Below, piece after piece: positions 38,301 to 51,113 of a stretch of DNA of 64,000 nucleotides. This stretch comes from Takakia lepidozioides (taxonomy: Eukaryota > Plantae > Bryophyta), in NCBI GenBank assembly GCA_030704615.1, contig CM060732.1, forward strand, positions 27,900,001 through 27,964,000, given 5' to 3'. Under the pieces are notes generated by a model. It saw only the letters and a list, made by a program, of their open reading frames with translations, was not told where the DNA came from and did not search any database. Position 1 is the stretch's first letter. Each line of letters opens with the position of its first letter. Both the position numbers and the translations under genes were made by a program.

Positions 38301-39279
38301 TTAAACCAACGGGGAGAACCGGCAGCTAGTTACATGCTAGCCGACTGATTCTGAGGATTTCCGAGTGAAAATTGAAACCTTCGGAAATTTACCGAGTATG
38401 TTCACATAGGAAATTGACTATTGCAGTTACCATTAAGGGGAAGCAACCGACTCGCCAACCCACTTAGCCGGTTGGTTCTCAGAATGAGGGGCCATTGGCT
38501 GGTTCAACTGAAATTATTTCCCGGACGCTGGGTCTTTATCAGTGAGTTGTCTGGGGTCCCAACATCTGTAGAATGACTTAACATGAGGCCAGATATTAGA
38601 AAACAAAAAAATAAATTCCCCTCATTCAAATAAAATATCTATAAGAAAAGTAACAAAATTTGTCGGGGCACAGGATGCCCTTTATCACAAAAAAAGAAAA
38701 AACGAAATAAACTTAATAAAATTAATTCAGGGTTCCGCCCCTGATTCAACCTAAGAAAAAAGAAAAAAGAAAAAGAAAAAGTGCCGGTTTAGTTGCTGAG
38801 ATCCATGGCGCCCACTGTACCACGTTTCATCAGCCGCCAAAATCAGCTCGACACACAGTCCATGGAGGGGGGGATTGAGGGAAGAGTTGTCAAGGATCGA
38901 ACTCAGAATCATGGCGTCAGCACAAGCAAAGGCCGAAGAAGAAGAGAGCAGATAAGCGAATTTAGAGATCCCAGTGTGGAGACCCACAAGCTTGGGATGC
39001 CTGGCCGCACAGAAAGCCGGAAAGCTGTTCAACTGTCACGACACACAGAGAAGCAGCGAGTCTGAGCAATCTGAGAATGTTTGGTGCAAAATTGTACCAA
39101 GTTTGAGAGAAAGCTGATTAACGATTCGAGCTTTGGAGCTGCCACCCAGGATTGTGCTTGTTTAGGTGTTGCTCACTTGCTGAGCAACAGTTGTGAGTGG
39201 AGCTGAGCCAGGCCCTGTGAAGATCATCAGGTGCCGAGCCAGCTTCGTTGTGCAGGTGAAATTGGGTGATTTTGGTCCC

Positions 39280-42200
39280 ATGGCCGCAAGCAATTTACAA
39301 GCAGCAATTCTTCAGCCTCGGAGCACCGGTACGTGTATGTCAGAGCTTGAGCGAGTTACCCCGGGCTTCAAATCCTGGCCGAAAATTTCCTTTGTAAATT
39401 TGAGTACCTTCTTGTCCTGAAAACCCCATTCCATAGATTGCATGTTTTTGCCCCGAATACAATGGAATATCATATTCCAGCTTGGCCTTGGCAGATTTCC
39501 CCTTAATCGGCAATATTCTTAGACAGGTCCCGCCCTCGAGCCAGGATTCTGAAATCCCGGAAACACTTGGCAGGAACTTCACCTCTTGCTCACGGTTAGA
39601 TCTCTACCTCGTACCAGTGACCATGTTTTGATTATATCCGTGCATGGGAAAGCCAATCACTGGTGGATGGATTTAGCCGTCTTCACCCCCTGTCGGCTTA
39701 ATCGGTTTGAAAGTTCACCCCCTGTCTGATTGCGCTGTTTACCTCCGTACTGTTTGCACCAGCTTCGTCATCACACATGTGGCACAATAGGAGCTAGGAC
39801 TTAACACAGCATGAAAGTGGTCTGTACTGAATCCTAGCAGCTATGTAAATTTTCTGGAGGAAACAGTAATATGCTATACACTCAATCATACATTGCCGGA
39901 GACGAGAGGGTTTTGACGAATTCTTTTATCTATATTAAGTGTATCTGAATGTCCACACTGGTTTGAAGGCAATAAAGAGACTGTAGATATATATCCCTGA
40001 GCTTGATCTGACTTCCCAACCAAATTCAGCCATGTTTATATGGTATACTGCATGTGCAGGAGTTGACACACTTCATGCTAGCATGAGTTAACGTTTTTTA
40101 TCAGAACTGCAGAATATGAATGAGATAAAGGTATGTGATAGCATTTGAGAGGGGACCTGACTCCTGTAAGCCCTCCTATATAAGAAATGATTATTTCTCA
40201 CTGGATCCTTGTTTATGTTAGCAAGCTGAAGAAGAGAGGTGCAATGTGAAATTGACTTCGTTTCAAGGATTATCATTTTGGTGAGAAGACATATGAAGAA
40301 TTCAAGTTTTTTGTGGTTAACACACACGGGGTGTGATGTCCCCTCGGCCAGATGACCCTGGGGAAAGTGAGGTCAACACCATGGCTTATCACCTTTGACC
40401 TTTCAGATTTTCCTTATCTGTGGCTGTGACAGAAGGCAGGGGGCATGAAGGACCCATGCAGGGCCTGGGTTTCAGCAAGTTAGTGGGACTTGGATGGAAT
40501 CTGAGGAGTGCAAGAATGAAGGATCCCACTCCCTTGGAGAGACCAAGGGTCCAGGCAAACTCAAAGGTAGATGCATTTGTACGGTTTCCAAAATAATGGG
40601 AAAGGGGGTTGTCTCAATGGGTTGAATAATTTCTTAATGCATGTAGTAAGCTTTACATTTTGTTGTATGTTGGCTATACTTTTGCCGTTGGGAACCATTG
40701 AAAAACATGCATGAATGGAGCACTGCTTTAGACAGGCTACAGTCAGTGCCTTCTCTCTGTTATGCTTATCCTGATTGTTTGGTTGTCTGGTTCCTTCACT
40801 GTGCTGTCTGTTCTATAAGTAACTACTGTATGTTGCCGTATTAGATTGTATGGCATTATCTACCATTTAGTTAGAGGTTTTAAATCATATCCTTTATCTC
40901 AAGTGCCCCTTGTGCTGGGCTAGTAGTGGTCAATGGAGCGTTTTTGGGAGCCTGTCTCTTAAGTGACGAATGAGGATTGCACATTGTTTCGCTAGTCTCT
41001 TAGAAATTCCTTGAGAAACCTTAGGAAGTTACCTATTACGCAAGTGAGAGGCTCGTAGCTTTCATGTGGCATGGCCAAACACTGCACCTGCCAGCACAGG
41101 TGAGGCACTAGAGAAAGACGGGTTCCCATTCCTCAAAGGTTGTCCATGAAAGTGTCTTGCTTGACCTGACTTCTTCTTTCTTGCATGCTAATGCATCCCA
41201 CTCTGAATGGAAAGCTCAGGATCTTGTTGTTTTAACCTGGGTTTGCTCACAGGATGTAATGTTTAGGCGCCGTGAGTCCTCATGCTCTGTAAAGCAGGGG
41301 AGACTTGCCTGGAGGTCTAATTGCACACACCGAACTCGTTGTGCAGACAACTTAGGGGTAAATAACTGCCCTGAACACTTGCTCTCTCTGTGGGACCATG
41401 CCCCAAATAGTCGCTAAGGTTGGCTGGGTATGGTTTTTTCTTTCTTTCTCTGACAGTTTTGGTCTCTCTCTCACCCGTGATTATTGCCATCCCTGTTTCT
41501 CTGTCTATTTGTCTGTGTACCTGCCACTTGAAATTTGCTTTGCTTGACCAATTCATCTGCTGCATTGGCAAAATCCACCCATGCTTCAGACTGCATATAA
41601 TTACCTTTTGGCTTCCAGCTGGAACCCAAGTGAATACCTGAAGGCCCCATGGCTGCATCCATCAGTTAAGCAATTTTTCATTTGTGGTCAGATGGAGAGG
41701 GCGTTTTGGGGCAAGGACTCATCTCTAGAAAGTTTCAGACTACATTGACTTGCAGAGTGGGGGAAACTTGTCTGTTGATGATAGAGAGGAGGAGGTTGTT
41801 GGGTTTCCCGATGCAGCAGTCGCTTGTGGTGGTCGGAGTAAGTTTCCCGCCCCAGTCAGAGACACAGCCTACTAAAGTTTACATAGGACAGCTGAGTTGT
41901 CATGGAAAGATTGAAAGCGGGAAGATTTTGGATTTGGTGAAGACACGTTGCCAGGGAAGACCCTGATTATACTGTGAATTGACTCATTGGTTGGACACTA
42001 GCAGGCTGCAACCTGTACCAATGATCTAGACATTGGGACAGAAGAAGAGAATACTTTGCAACGGGTCCAGTTGCTAGAAAGGCAAGTCAGTGTATTTTAA
42101 ATTTTGGTTTGACTTGAGACAAGGCATTAGTCCTGCATAACTTTGGAGCTTTGAAATTTAATCCAGTAATTGTTTGTGAAACTGAATTACTTTTGTAGTA

Positions 42201-45200
42201 TCTACTACTGTCCTATTCATTGCAGTATTCAACTTTGGGTGGACATGCATAAATCGGGTTTCAATGACTAGGAAGCAGTTGGGAGGTGTGCAGGCAGTTG
42301 AGAGTTGCTGTTGCAGAGGAGAATTATACAGAGGCCACGAGGTGGTTGTCGTAGTATTCTATCTCTCCTGTTTGTTTGGCTTCTTCTATGTGTTACTGTC
42401 TGCATGTATCTTGTTGGCAGAAATGTACGTGTTTTGTGTTTCTGTGTGTGACAGATGTCTTCCCCACCTATCCTCTGTCTCTTGGGCCTTCCTAGTTTAC
42501 TTACCACGAAGTTGTACAATGCTTTGGTAGGTTACGGGACCTACTGGCGGGTGTAAAGTCGCAGTTAACTCCTGGGGAGCAGGTATATATCATGAATTCT
42601 TGGGTTTGTATTGTTCTACCACACAGGGAGAAAATAGCTATTAAGGATGGTGGTGCTGATGCACAGTGGACTCTGGCTTGTGGGGCTGGGCCAGTTTGTG
42701 TTGACAAATGCAGCAAAACTTAGAAATGGCAGCTTAGGGCAAAGGATGACAGCTATTGCAGTATGCAACTCACCCCTTCTTTTGTATAGTCTAGGTGGCT
42801 CTTCTCTCTTTTCTGTCTAGAACTGCCATAATGTGTGTAGTAGCACTCTATTGTACCTGAAATAAACGTCTAGCGGGAAGCTTCCTTTGCAGCACAGTCT
42901 CTTGTTCTTCTTCTGATATGGAGCCATGTACATGTGGCTCTGATTACATGAACGCCATACACGGGGACCGACTGTGCCAAGCCATTGGAATGTCCCCCTT
43001 CAGCAGTAAATATCTCTTACTGTAAAAGATTGTGTAGACTGTAGGTGATAACAGAGCAAAACTGAGCTCAGCTCATTCTTTTACAAAATATTTACAGACC
43101 CATTTTAGTTCAGGTCATAAAAACTTAAGACTGAAAGAATTAACTGCTTGAAGCTATCAGAATACCAATGCTCAACATTGTTGTGGGCTAGTCAGTCAAT
43201 GGGAGGGTTAGGGGACCCGCGCACGCTCCCCATGCTGCTTGATGGATTGTGTGATGCCAACCCCCTTATTGTTGACCAGACTGAGAAGGTACTGTGGTCG
43301 CTTGACACCCTTGTTCCCATTTCCTTCTTGTCTCCTTCATACTAGATATCAAGGGAAGATAACTGGTCTATAGCAATTCCTCTACCTGTGCAGAAGCTAG
43401 GGTTATGTGCTTAGCCACTGCCTGCAAGAGGCATTTTGTCTCCATGCAATAGTTGGGTTTGACATGTTTGTCTGATTTCTTGTGTGTCATACTGTTTCCC
43501 GCAGCTGCTTGGGGCCTGTTGTGGATGCGATGAGTTTTTGTTCTTTCTTCTTTTTTATCCCATGCTCGTCTTCATGTGCATATGATCTTGAAAGCATGTC
43601 CAGCAAACTTCGTGTGGACCCTGAGCTGATCCACATGCGATGCACTTAATCTCAAGTCGTTGTGTATTTGGTTGGTAAAAGGCAATGTGGAAAATATTCA
43701 TGCGATCTGGGAGCGAAGACGTTGACCAGCGGCTTCAGGTACAATTGCCTGTTTCTGTCTATTTCTTTCAGTAACTTTCCCATACATGGTGGATTCCTCT
43801 GACTATGAAACTTTGTAGGCAAGGTTGCGCATCTCAATCCCTGACATTTCCTGACATTGCTGTCATTTGAAATTCTGTAGTTGCACTTTGTGAACACCAG
43901 ACCATTGCTATGGTGTTTGAAGTCTGTTATAAATGCCTGCATTTTTCTCCGTGTTCAGTTTATTTAATGTGTTCATGATGTAGGAACTCGTGAATATTCT
44001 AAGTGTCATAGATGAATCAAGGTATATCACACATCTCCCCTTGGGGACAAATTGTATCGTGTTGGACATTAGCAGGGTCAGTAGTTGAATGAACACTTGC
44101 AGTTGGAAAATGTAGAAGTAAGCTGATTACATATCTGCCTTCTTCTTCTTGATCACACTTCTCTGTGATTGCAGATATAGAAAGTCTGTAGCAAGTTTGT
44201 ATTAAGTTTGTTGGTCTGCATCCCTCCTCTCGTCTTTTTGCAACCAAGATTGCTTTCTTAGGTTGTTTTGGTGACAGGTGTTCATAAACTTGGTTATGAG
44301 ATCAGTTAATATGATCATCATATTGTCTATGCCTGAGCAAGGACATGGCAGCATTGACAAATGTTAGAATCTGGACAGGAAGGGGTTGCTCTATTGGTCT
44401 CTAAGGGAGGATATGATTCAGCCAAAACGATTTTCTCGGAGGTCTGTCTTTTACTATGACTCGTCAGCAATTCTTTGATTCTGTTTCTGTTCTTTGTCCA
44501 TTGGTTTCTTTGGGTCTCTGGCACACATTAACTCATTTTTTCTTTATTTGATCGCGTGACTTTAGTTGAGCTCAAGTTCGTCTTGCTTTTGCATGCGTAC
44601 ATCTCCTTTTTGAACGTTCAGGTTTCGCTTGTTGTGTAATGCGTGAACTTGCATGGGTGTGAACGTGACATGCATTTTCTTTCTGTGGGCGGAAAGACAA
44701 CCTGTTCTGAGCTTTGTATCACTTTGAGTTTTGCAAACCCTGACCCACAAAGTGTTTTGGCCTGAAAGAATGCAGTTTTGTACAGATGAGGTAATGGGTT
44801 CAGAAATACGTTGCACCTTCTAGTTTTGTAAAGCTTTTGTGGCAAGCTCTGTTTTTCCAAAATTGACGCTTTGAATTTGCAGATCATACAAATGACACCC
44901 TCGTTTGCAGAGGGATACAACAAACGTGCTACAGTTCACTATCTCCTGCAGGCATGCCCATTTTCCCTTCTGAAGTCTCAGTTCTTTCCCTTTCTTTTTG
45001 GATGTCTTTGAAGGGCAAGGCAGGATTGAGCACAAGTTATGGTCTTTGGACAATTGTGGAAGGGCCTGTAGTCCCTTGCAGTGAGGATGATGGGTTCATA
45101 TGCTATTGTGTTGCGTTGCATGGGATATGGAGAAGTATGTGAAATTGAGATAGTTCCTAGATTTTCGAATTTTGCATAAGCCATTTTTCATGATTTTCTT

Positions 45201-45930
45201 AAGAACGCCTTAGGATGCATGTTGCTAGCTGTTGTCTACCAAACTTAGGGCTGCTTTACATGATATTGGTGAAGTGTGTATTCTGGTACAGGAGTATGAG
45301 AGTGCTATACAAGACTGTCAGAGCACACTTGATTTGAACCCATACCACTTTGGGGCTCTCAGTGGTAGATCAATTATTCCCTTCCTATTCAGTTAGAATG
45401 CCATCCTTGGTCCATTTCAAAATTATGTTGCCAAATGTTCTTATCTTACCCTCTATTTGCACGACTTGCTTCCTCTCATCTGCTCACTAAGTTTCAGTGG
45501 AGGTAGGGGTTTGTTTCGGTTATCGACTAGAATGATGTTGTGCTTGTAGGTCTAGGCCTGTGCTACGCGGCCCTCAAAGATCTGGACTCCGCTCTATTGT
45601 GGTTTGAAAAAGCATATGCTTTGCATCCTGGTTTGCTTTTGGTACGACATGCAGATACCGAACCCCCCTCTTCAAGTTGGTCATCCTCTTAAGGATTATT
45701 AAAATATGATGATTTCTTTTGTTGTATGTTATACTCATAAAGTACGGGGCTAGCTTAGGACTGCTGGGATGACCGAATTTAGAAATGACTTGAAGTTATG
45801 AGCTTTCTGAGCCTCTTTATGTGCCCCAGCTATGTCTGGTCTCTTGCAAAACCTTTGGAGATACTACCTGTGTTTGAATGGTGTATTGCAGATTGGAAAA
45901 TACATTGAAGCATTGAAGCAGGTGTGTTGA
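39280..45930 (+). CDS. UVR-motif + HEAT-like + TPR protein (bacterial-type TPR module); 5' exons uncertain
   Basis: Exons 42005-42081, 42279-42341, 42531-42582 (QLRVAVAEENYTEATRLRD, UVR-like), ~43161-43288 (GLGDPRTLPMLLDGLCD, HEAT-like), 44883-44951 (FAEGYNKRATVHYL), 45292-45364 (AIQDCQSTLDLNPYHFGALSG), 45550-45641 and 45892-45930 (stop). The start at 39280 is tentative. Confidence 0.75.
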
Positions 45931-46500
45931 GCAGACTCCGTTTCATCATTTTCTATGTATCAGCATTGGCTTCATTCACCTGATGCTCTAATAACATGTG
46001 GAGAAACTAACATAGTTTGTGGTAGTTCCTGAGCTCTAAGATGGTGCACATTGTGGGGTGGGCTGTGTTCCTCTCCAGAAAATAGCTGAGCGGAAAGAGC
46101 CTGGTGTTGGTGAGGCGCATGACAGTGATATTACCTTGTAATGGGTGCTATGATTGCTTCCCTCTGTCCAGAAAGCATACATAATCCAACTGTACATCAA
46201 TGTTTAGAAAGCTCATTTGAAAAGTGTACATAAAGCGCCCTTGCTGGGCACATTTATAATCTTAATACTATTTGGAATATATTAACTTGGGTGGTTGCTG
46301 GCACAGCCGTTAGTTATGGCTTCAAGGCAAAAGTGGTGTGTCTCCTGAGCTACACTGATGTGAATCATCTACTTGGAAGAAAATTCAAATTCAAAAGGCT
46401 TGGATTCACTTATCAGGGACTTGCTATTAATCTGGAGTGGTAACATTGAAATACTATGATCTATTAACACTGAGAGGGGCTTGGTTTCGGTAGGTGCCAA

Positions 46501-47514
46501 TAGATTGTACTCATAAGACGTTGTTTGCCGTAGCCTTGTGGCCATTGACCCCGCGCCCAGTTTGAGCGGGAACAAAAGGGACAGAACCTACCACTGTCAG
46601 GGGCTGACGTTGGTAGTAAGACTTACCTCCATATATAGAATTAATCCGGGTTTTCCAGATATCCTCCAGAAATCCCTTCACACAAGCATCAATCTGCTGT
46701 GTGTGATTAGCCCAAAAACTAGGCCTCAGGAGGGCCTGGGCTTTTGGCTCAGCCTCGAGACTTTCAAAGTTGGTAAACAGGGGTACAGGCACAATACCCT
46801 TAATAGATTTGAAGAGATCGTCTCTTTGGTGAGAGAACCCCGGACAGTGTATCAGAAAGTGAATACTGTCTTCAGATTGCCCACACAACGGGCAATTGCA
46901 CTCTCCCTTTCCTCTCTGCTTCTGTTTGCTGTTCAAAGGTAGGCTTCCTGCCCTCAGTTTAAATTTCAGTCTAGTGCCGAGAGTGGGTAGACCCTTGAGG
47001 TCATCCAAGATGTCATCCCCCATGTCACAGACTGGAAACAAGTTCAGGGAAGTTTTCTGCCTAACTTCATTTTCATCAGACAATCTCATGGCAACAGACA
47101 TGGCTGAGGACACTACAGCCTCTAAGTCAGATTTATCGCAGGGTCAAGACTTGCGGATCCAGGTCCAGGTACTTGAGGATCTCTTCTACTCTCTTCTGCC
47201 AGGACTTAGCCTGTTTGACAGGGCGGTCCTGTTTCCAAGATATAGAGTCCGTTAACTTAGGATATCTGGTGTTGGGCATATGTTGCAGCTGACCCCACCA
47301 TCTGACCTTGAATTCATCTCGTCGGGAGCTTAAGGACGGAATGACAAACTCACCCCAAACAGCCACATTGGCTGTTTTGGAGCATGCTGACATACACTCC
47401 TTAAGCACCCCCACTTGAATGGATTCTAGAGACTTAGCCTGGTTGGAGTTATCAACCCATATAGCAGATCCGTACTCCAAAGGCAGGTCTAATAACGCGA
47501 CAAAGCATGGTTTT
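46501..47514 (-). mobile_element. 5'-truncated copy of the RTE/RTEX-like LINE with TSD
   Basis: Near-identical to 6881-7894; TAGGTGCCAA duplicated at 46491-46500 and 47515-47524. Confidence 0.92.
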
Positions 47515-47525
47515 TAGGTGCCAAA

Positions 47526-48543
47526 TAGAGTTATCCGGAAAGGGTCCCAAACTCGGCATGAGAACCCTGAGCTTGGCAGTTTGGCCAAAACTCGGTATGA
47601 AACTCGAAACTCGGGATCAAGCGGTACGACTAGAAAAAAACACGGGACCAAACTGCCAGGACTAGGAAAATGGGGGTAGCAGGAGTTTGGTGCCGAGTTT
47701 TGTTAGTCGTCGAGGTGGAGGTGGTCAGAGCTCATGAGCTCGTGCCATAGCAGCGGTTGCCCTCATCCCCAGTTTATGATTTGGTGCCCTCTTTTCTAAC
47801 TTTGTGCTCAGTTTTCTGCACTTTACGGATTTACTCAAACTCAGCCGTAACACGGGTCCAAACCAGTGTTGGACTGGTATGTCCATTTTTTAATACCAGA
47901 CTGGTCCTGGTATGAAGGGTCCCACCCCTTTTTCATACCAGGCTGGTATAGGTATCTATACAGGTATGAGCAACTTGGGTATGAATCTGGTATGAGTAGT
48001 TGTACTTTGGGCTGTATATGAGTATGGTATTGGTATTGCCCTTTCTCTGTAGTGATACTGGGGGGGGGTATGAGCACTGGTATGGTATTTCTACAGCTCA
48101 CCATACATAGAGATAAATGTCATTTAGCACATAGCTAATTTTAATCCAAGCCGTGAAACACTAGGCAAAGGTAACCCAAAGTAGCACGAAACAGCAAATG
48201 AAGTCTAAATTGCAACATGGAGCCTTGAATTAACCAAATTGTAGTACAGGGTATAACTAGCTGCACTAACATATACGCATACCTACCTCCATTCGCCATG
48301 AACTCACGGCAATACTGGTATCGGGACCATGCTATTCCTCAGACTGGTATGGTCTGTGTGCGGGGAATCCTAAAGCCATACTCCCCCAGTACGTATATCA
48401 CATGGGTACACTGGTTCTTTCATACCCGACTGGTATGTTCTTCAATATATATATTCATACCTGTATTCCACACCTAGGTTAAACCAGGTATACCAGTCCA
48501 ACACTGGTCCACCAAACTCAGGCTCACTTTACGGATAACTCTA
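47526..48543. mobile_element. Non-autonomous TIR element
   Basis: TAGAGTTATCCGGAAAG (47526) / CTTTACGGATAACTCTA (48527-48543); internal AAACTCG repeats and a second end-like copy at ~47820. Confidence 0.6.
47864..48506. mobile_element. hAT-like MITE nested in the previous element
   Basis: Perfect 17-bp TIR CAGTGTTGGACTGGTAT; many GGTATG/CATACC subterminal repeats; flanks GTCCAAAC / GTCCACCA (partial 8-bp TSD). Confidence 0.75.
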
Positions 48544-48588
48544 ATAACTTAGGGACAATCCCCCATTTGACCTGTGACACACTTGGAA

Positions 48589-50572
48589 TTATGCAACTTG
48601 CCTTAATTTGATGAAGGCATGGCGATCCATCGGAACCTTCTGACTGGCCTTGGACTGCTCCCTCTCATCTTGAAGAGGTACTGATAGAGGAAGGCAGAGG
48701 CTGAAGAGATGCCGGGGAAGGTTGATGGGACGTGGAAAGTTTGACACTCGCTCGAAGCCAAGAGAAGTCTGAATTTGATCGTCACAAGTCACCGCAACCA
48801 CAGCCATGCCTTCTTTCGAAAACAAGATGCGCAGAGAGGTAATGCAAAATAGCGGGAAAGGGAGGTAATGCAAATAGCGGGAAAGGATTGGGCATGCGAG
48901 TAGACCGTGATGCTCAGTTGATGGTCGGTTCAATTGACATGAGTGGAAATACGCATTTCCCAATATCTTACAACTTCAGCGATGTCAATGTCAACATTAT
49001 GTCATACCTGTTGTGCACTAACAAAAAACTTGAATTATTAGTGAGTTCTGAGTCGGGCCAGACTCATCACTACACTTGCAGCATCTGTGCGTTGTTCTGA
49101 AAGTGTGGAGGGTGATGCAAGTGTGCAACAATATGGATGTTCACTGCCTCTGTCTGGAGTGGCCGTGCGTTTCTGTATGGTGGTCGAGCACGCCGAACTT
49201 ATTGATAGATAAACTGGCCTGCACCGTGATGCTCAGCTGCAAATCTGTGCTGACGGAGGCCGCATCTTGACGATTCTTACCCGCAACAGATATGAGAATC
49301 ATGTGCATGATAGCTCGGCTACCCACCACACAGGCCACTGCCCCAGACCAGATGCAAGCAACTACAAGAGCTGCGAGCACGATAGATGCCACATTATCCA
49401 TGCCAGAGCCTGAATCATCATCTACGAAAGTGAGATACGTGTCTAAAACTGCTGTTTGTCCAAACACTCTCTGCCACCGCCAGTCATCAGAAATTCTGGT
49501 CAGAGTTTGTTGAGCTTCTTTCAAGGGTGTCTCTTCAGAAGCTGGGTCCTTCGACAACGGTAGCTGCCAGCAGTAGGCACATTGTCGTAGGGCCGAAGAG
49601 AACCAGGAGAAGACTGTCAGATATGAGTAGACTACTCCTGAATTAAACATGAACACCGAGCGCCAGCGCTGCAAATCCGAATGGCCCATCGCCCCCATCG
49701 GACAGCTTCCCACTAGTGCCAGCAGTGACATATGGATCCAATCAGAGCACAAGTTTCCCCATTTCATTGTGAAGAACCAGCCCTTCCACAATTTATTTCT
49801 AGCATCAGATGATTTGAGGCCAAAGAAGTAGCTGGCCCACCTACAAATCACTATCACTAACACCAAAAGCTGGAGCGAAACGATAAGTAAAATGGAAGTG
49901 TAAAGTTGCTGAGTGTGTACTGCTGAGTACCATCGCAGCAGTATTTGGTGAAATTGTAATCCTCGGGCCAAATGCTGAAGTAGCTCGAGTCTGAGTCATT
50001 CCGAAAATTTGAGCACCGCCTGTTATGAAAGGAAGTTCTGTAAAAGGGATTCAACATATTTCCAGTTTTTGAAGATTCAACATCTTTAATGCTGGAACGA
50101 TTAGTGTACTCAGGGTGTCTGTTCTGGGAGGTGTACAGCGCCATGCAACTCTCAAAATCCTTGAGCTGAGTAAGCAAGCTTCCAAATTACCAGTCTGGCG
50201 ACCCTACCTAGTACCTATAAAGTGCCACCTTGCACGCATTCACAATGAAGCGCATATATTGAGCCGAGCAAGTAAGCTTTAGGTTGAAAGCCTGGAAGCA
50301 GCTTGTCGCTTCTATCACTGTCATAAGGCATGCATTCACCAAGAACATGAGCGGAAACCTCGAAATCTAGGACCTCTACATGATAAGCAAGCAATGCTAC
50401 ACTGTGAGACCTGCCACACGACCACACTTTTATGGTCGATTGCGACAAGAGGATGTCTGCTTAAGGGCAAGCGCCATCCCTCCCTCCCTCCACCATGGTG
50501 GTAGATGACTTTCATCCATATTGGAGGCCAATACCTACTTCCAAATGAACAACAGTCATCTTTCGTGTCCAC
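48589..50572 (-). pseudogene. Frameshifted, apparently intronless gene for an unrecognised multi-pass membrane-like protein
   Basis: Overlapping minus ORFs 50336-50572, 50215-50448, 49857-50177, 49141-49971 and 48589-48963 tile the region; hydrophobic stretches ILLIVSLQLLVLVIVIC and IVLAALVVACIWSGAVACVV. Confidence 0.3.
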
Positions 50573-51018
50573 CGCAAAAATGGCATCCCCGGACCCACAC
50601 GTTTTCCAGCAGCGACTTGAAGGCCATCGACCTACCTACCTACCTACCTACCTCACGAGTTCTACGTCCAAAATGTCCGGTCCGTTCATTGGACGGTACC
50701 GATTCCGTAGCAGGTAGGTGATTCCAACCGCAAAATGTGCAACTGCCGGGCTTGTGATGTGTGTGAAGGCAGAACAGTAGCGTGAGCAGGCAGCGGAATG
50801 CTGCAATCCGCACCGCAACTTCGTCACATAATTTGCATATGTAACCTTCACAAGTGCAAAGCTCACACAACTCTCACCCTCCATTGTACACTTGACTTCC
50901 CTTGATTACCTGCATAACGGTATTCTCTTGTACATTGCGTCACTGGTATGAAAGCCCAAAGCAACAGCAGGTACAGTGTTATGATGGGGGGGGGGGTGGA
51001 GCACAAGTATGTATACTT

Positions 51019-51113
51019 AGCGGAATTTTCCTGTCCGCGGACTTTCTGCCGTTTAAGGGTGCCATACCCGCAAACGGTGGAAAGTCCGCGGGCAGAAATA
51101 GGAACTTTCCGCT
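51019..51113 (+). other. Long hairpin (24-bp stem closed with G-U pairs)
   Basis: CTGTCCGCGGACTTTCTGCCGTTT (51031-51054) pairs with AAACGGTGGAAAGTCCGCGGGCAG (51072-51095); all 3 mismatches are G-U on the plus strand. Confidence 0.7.
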
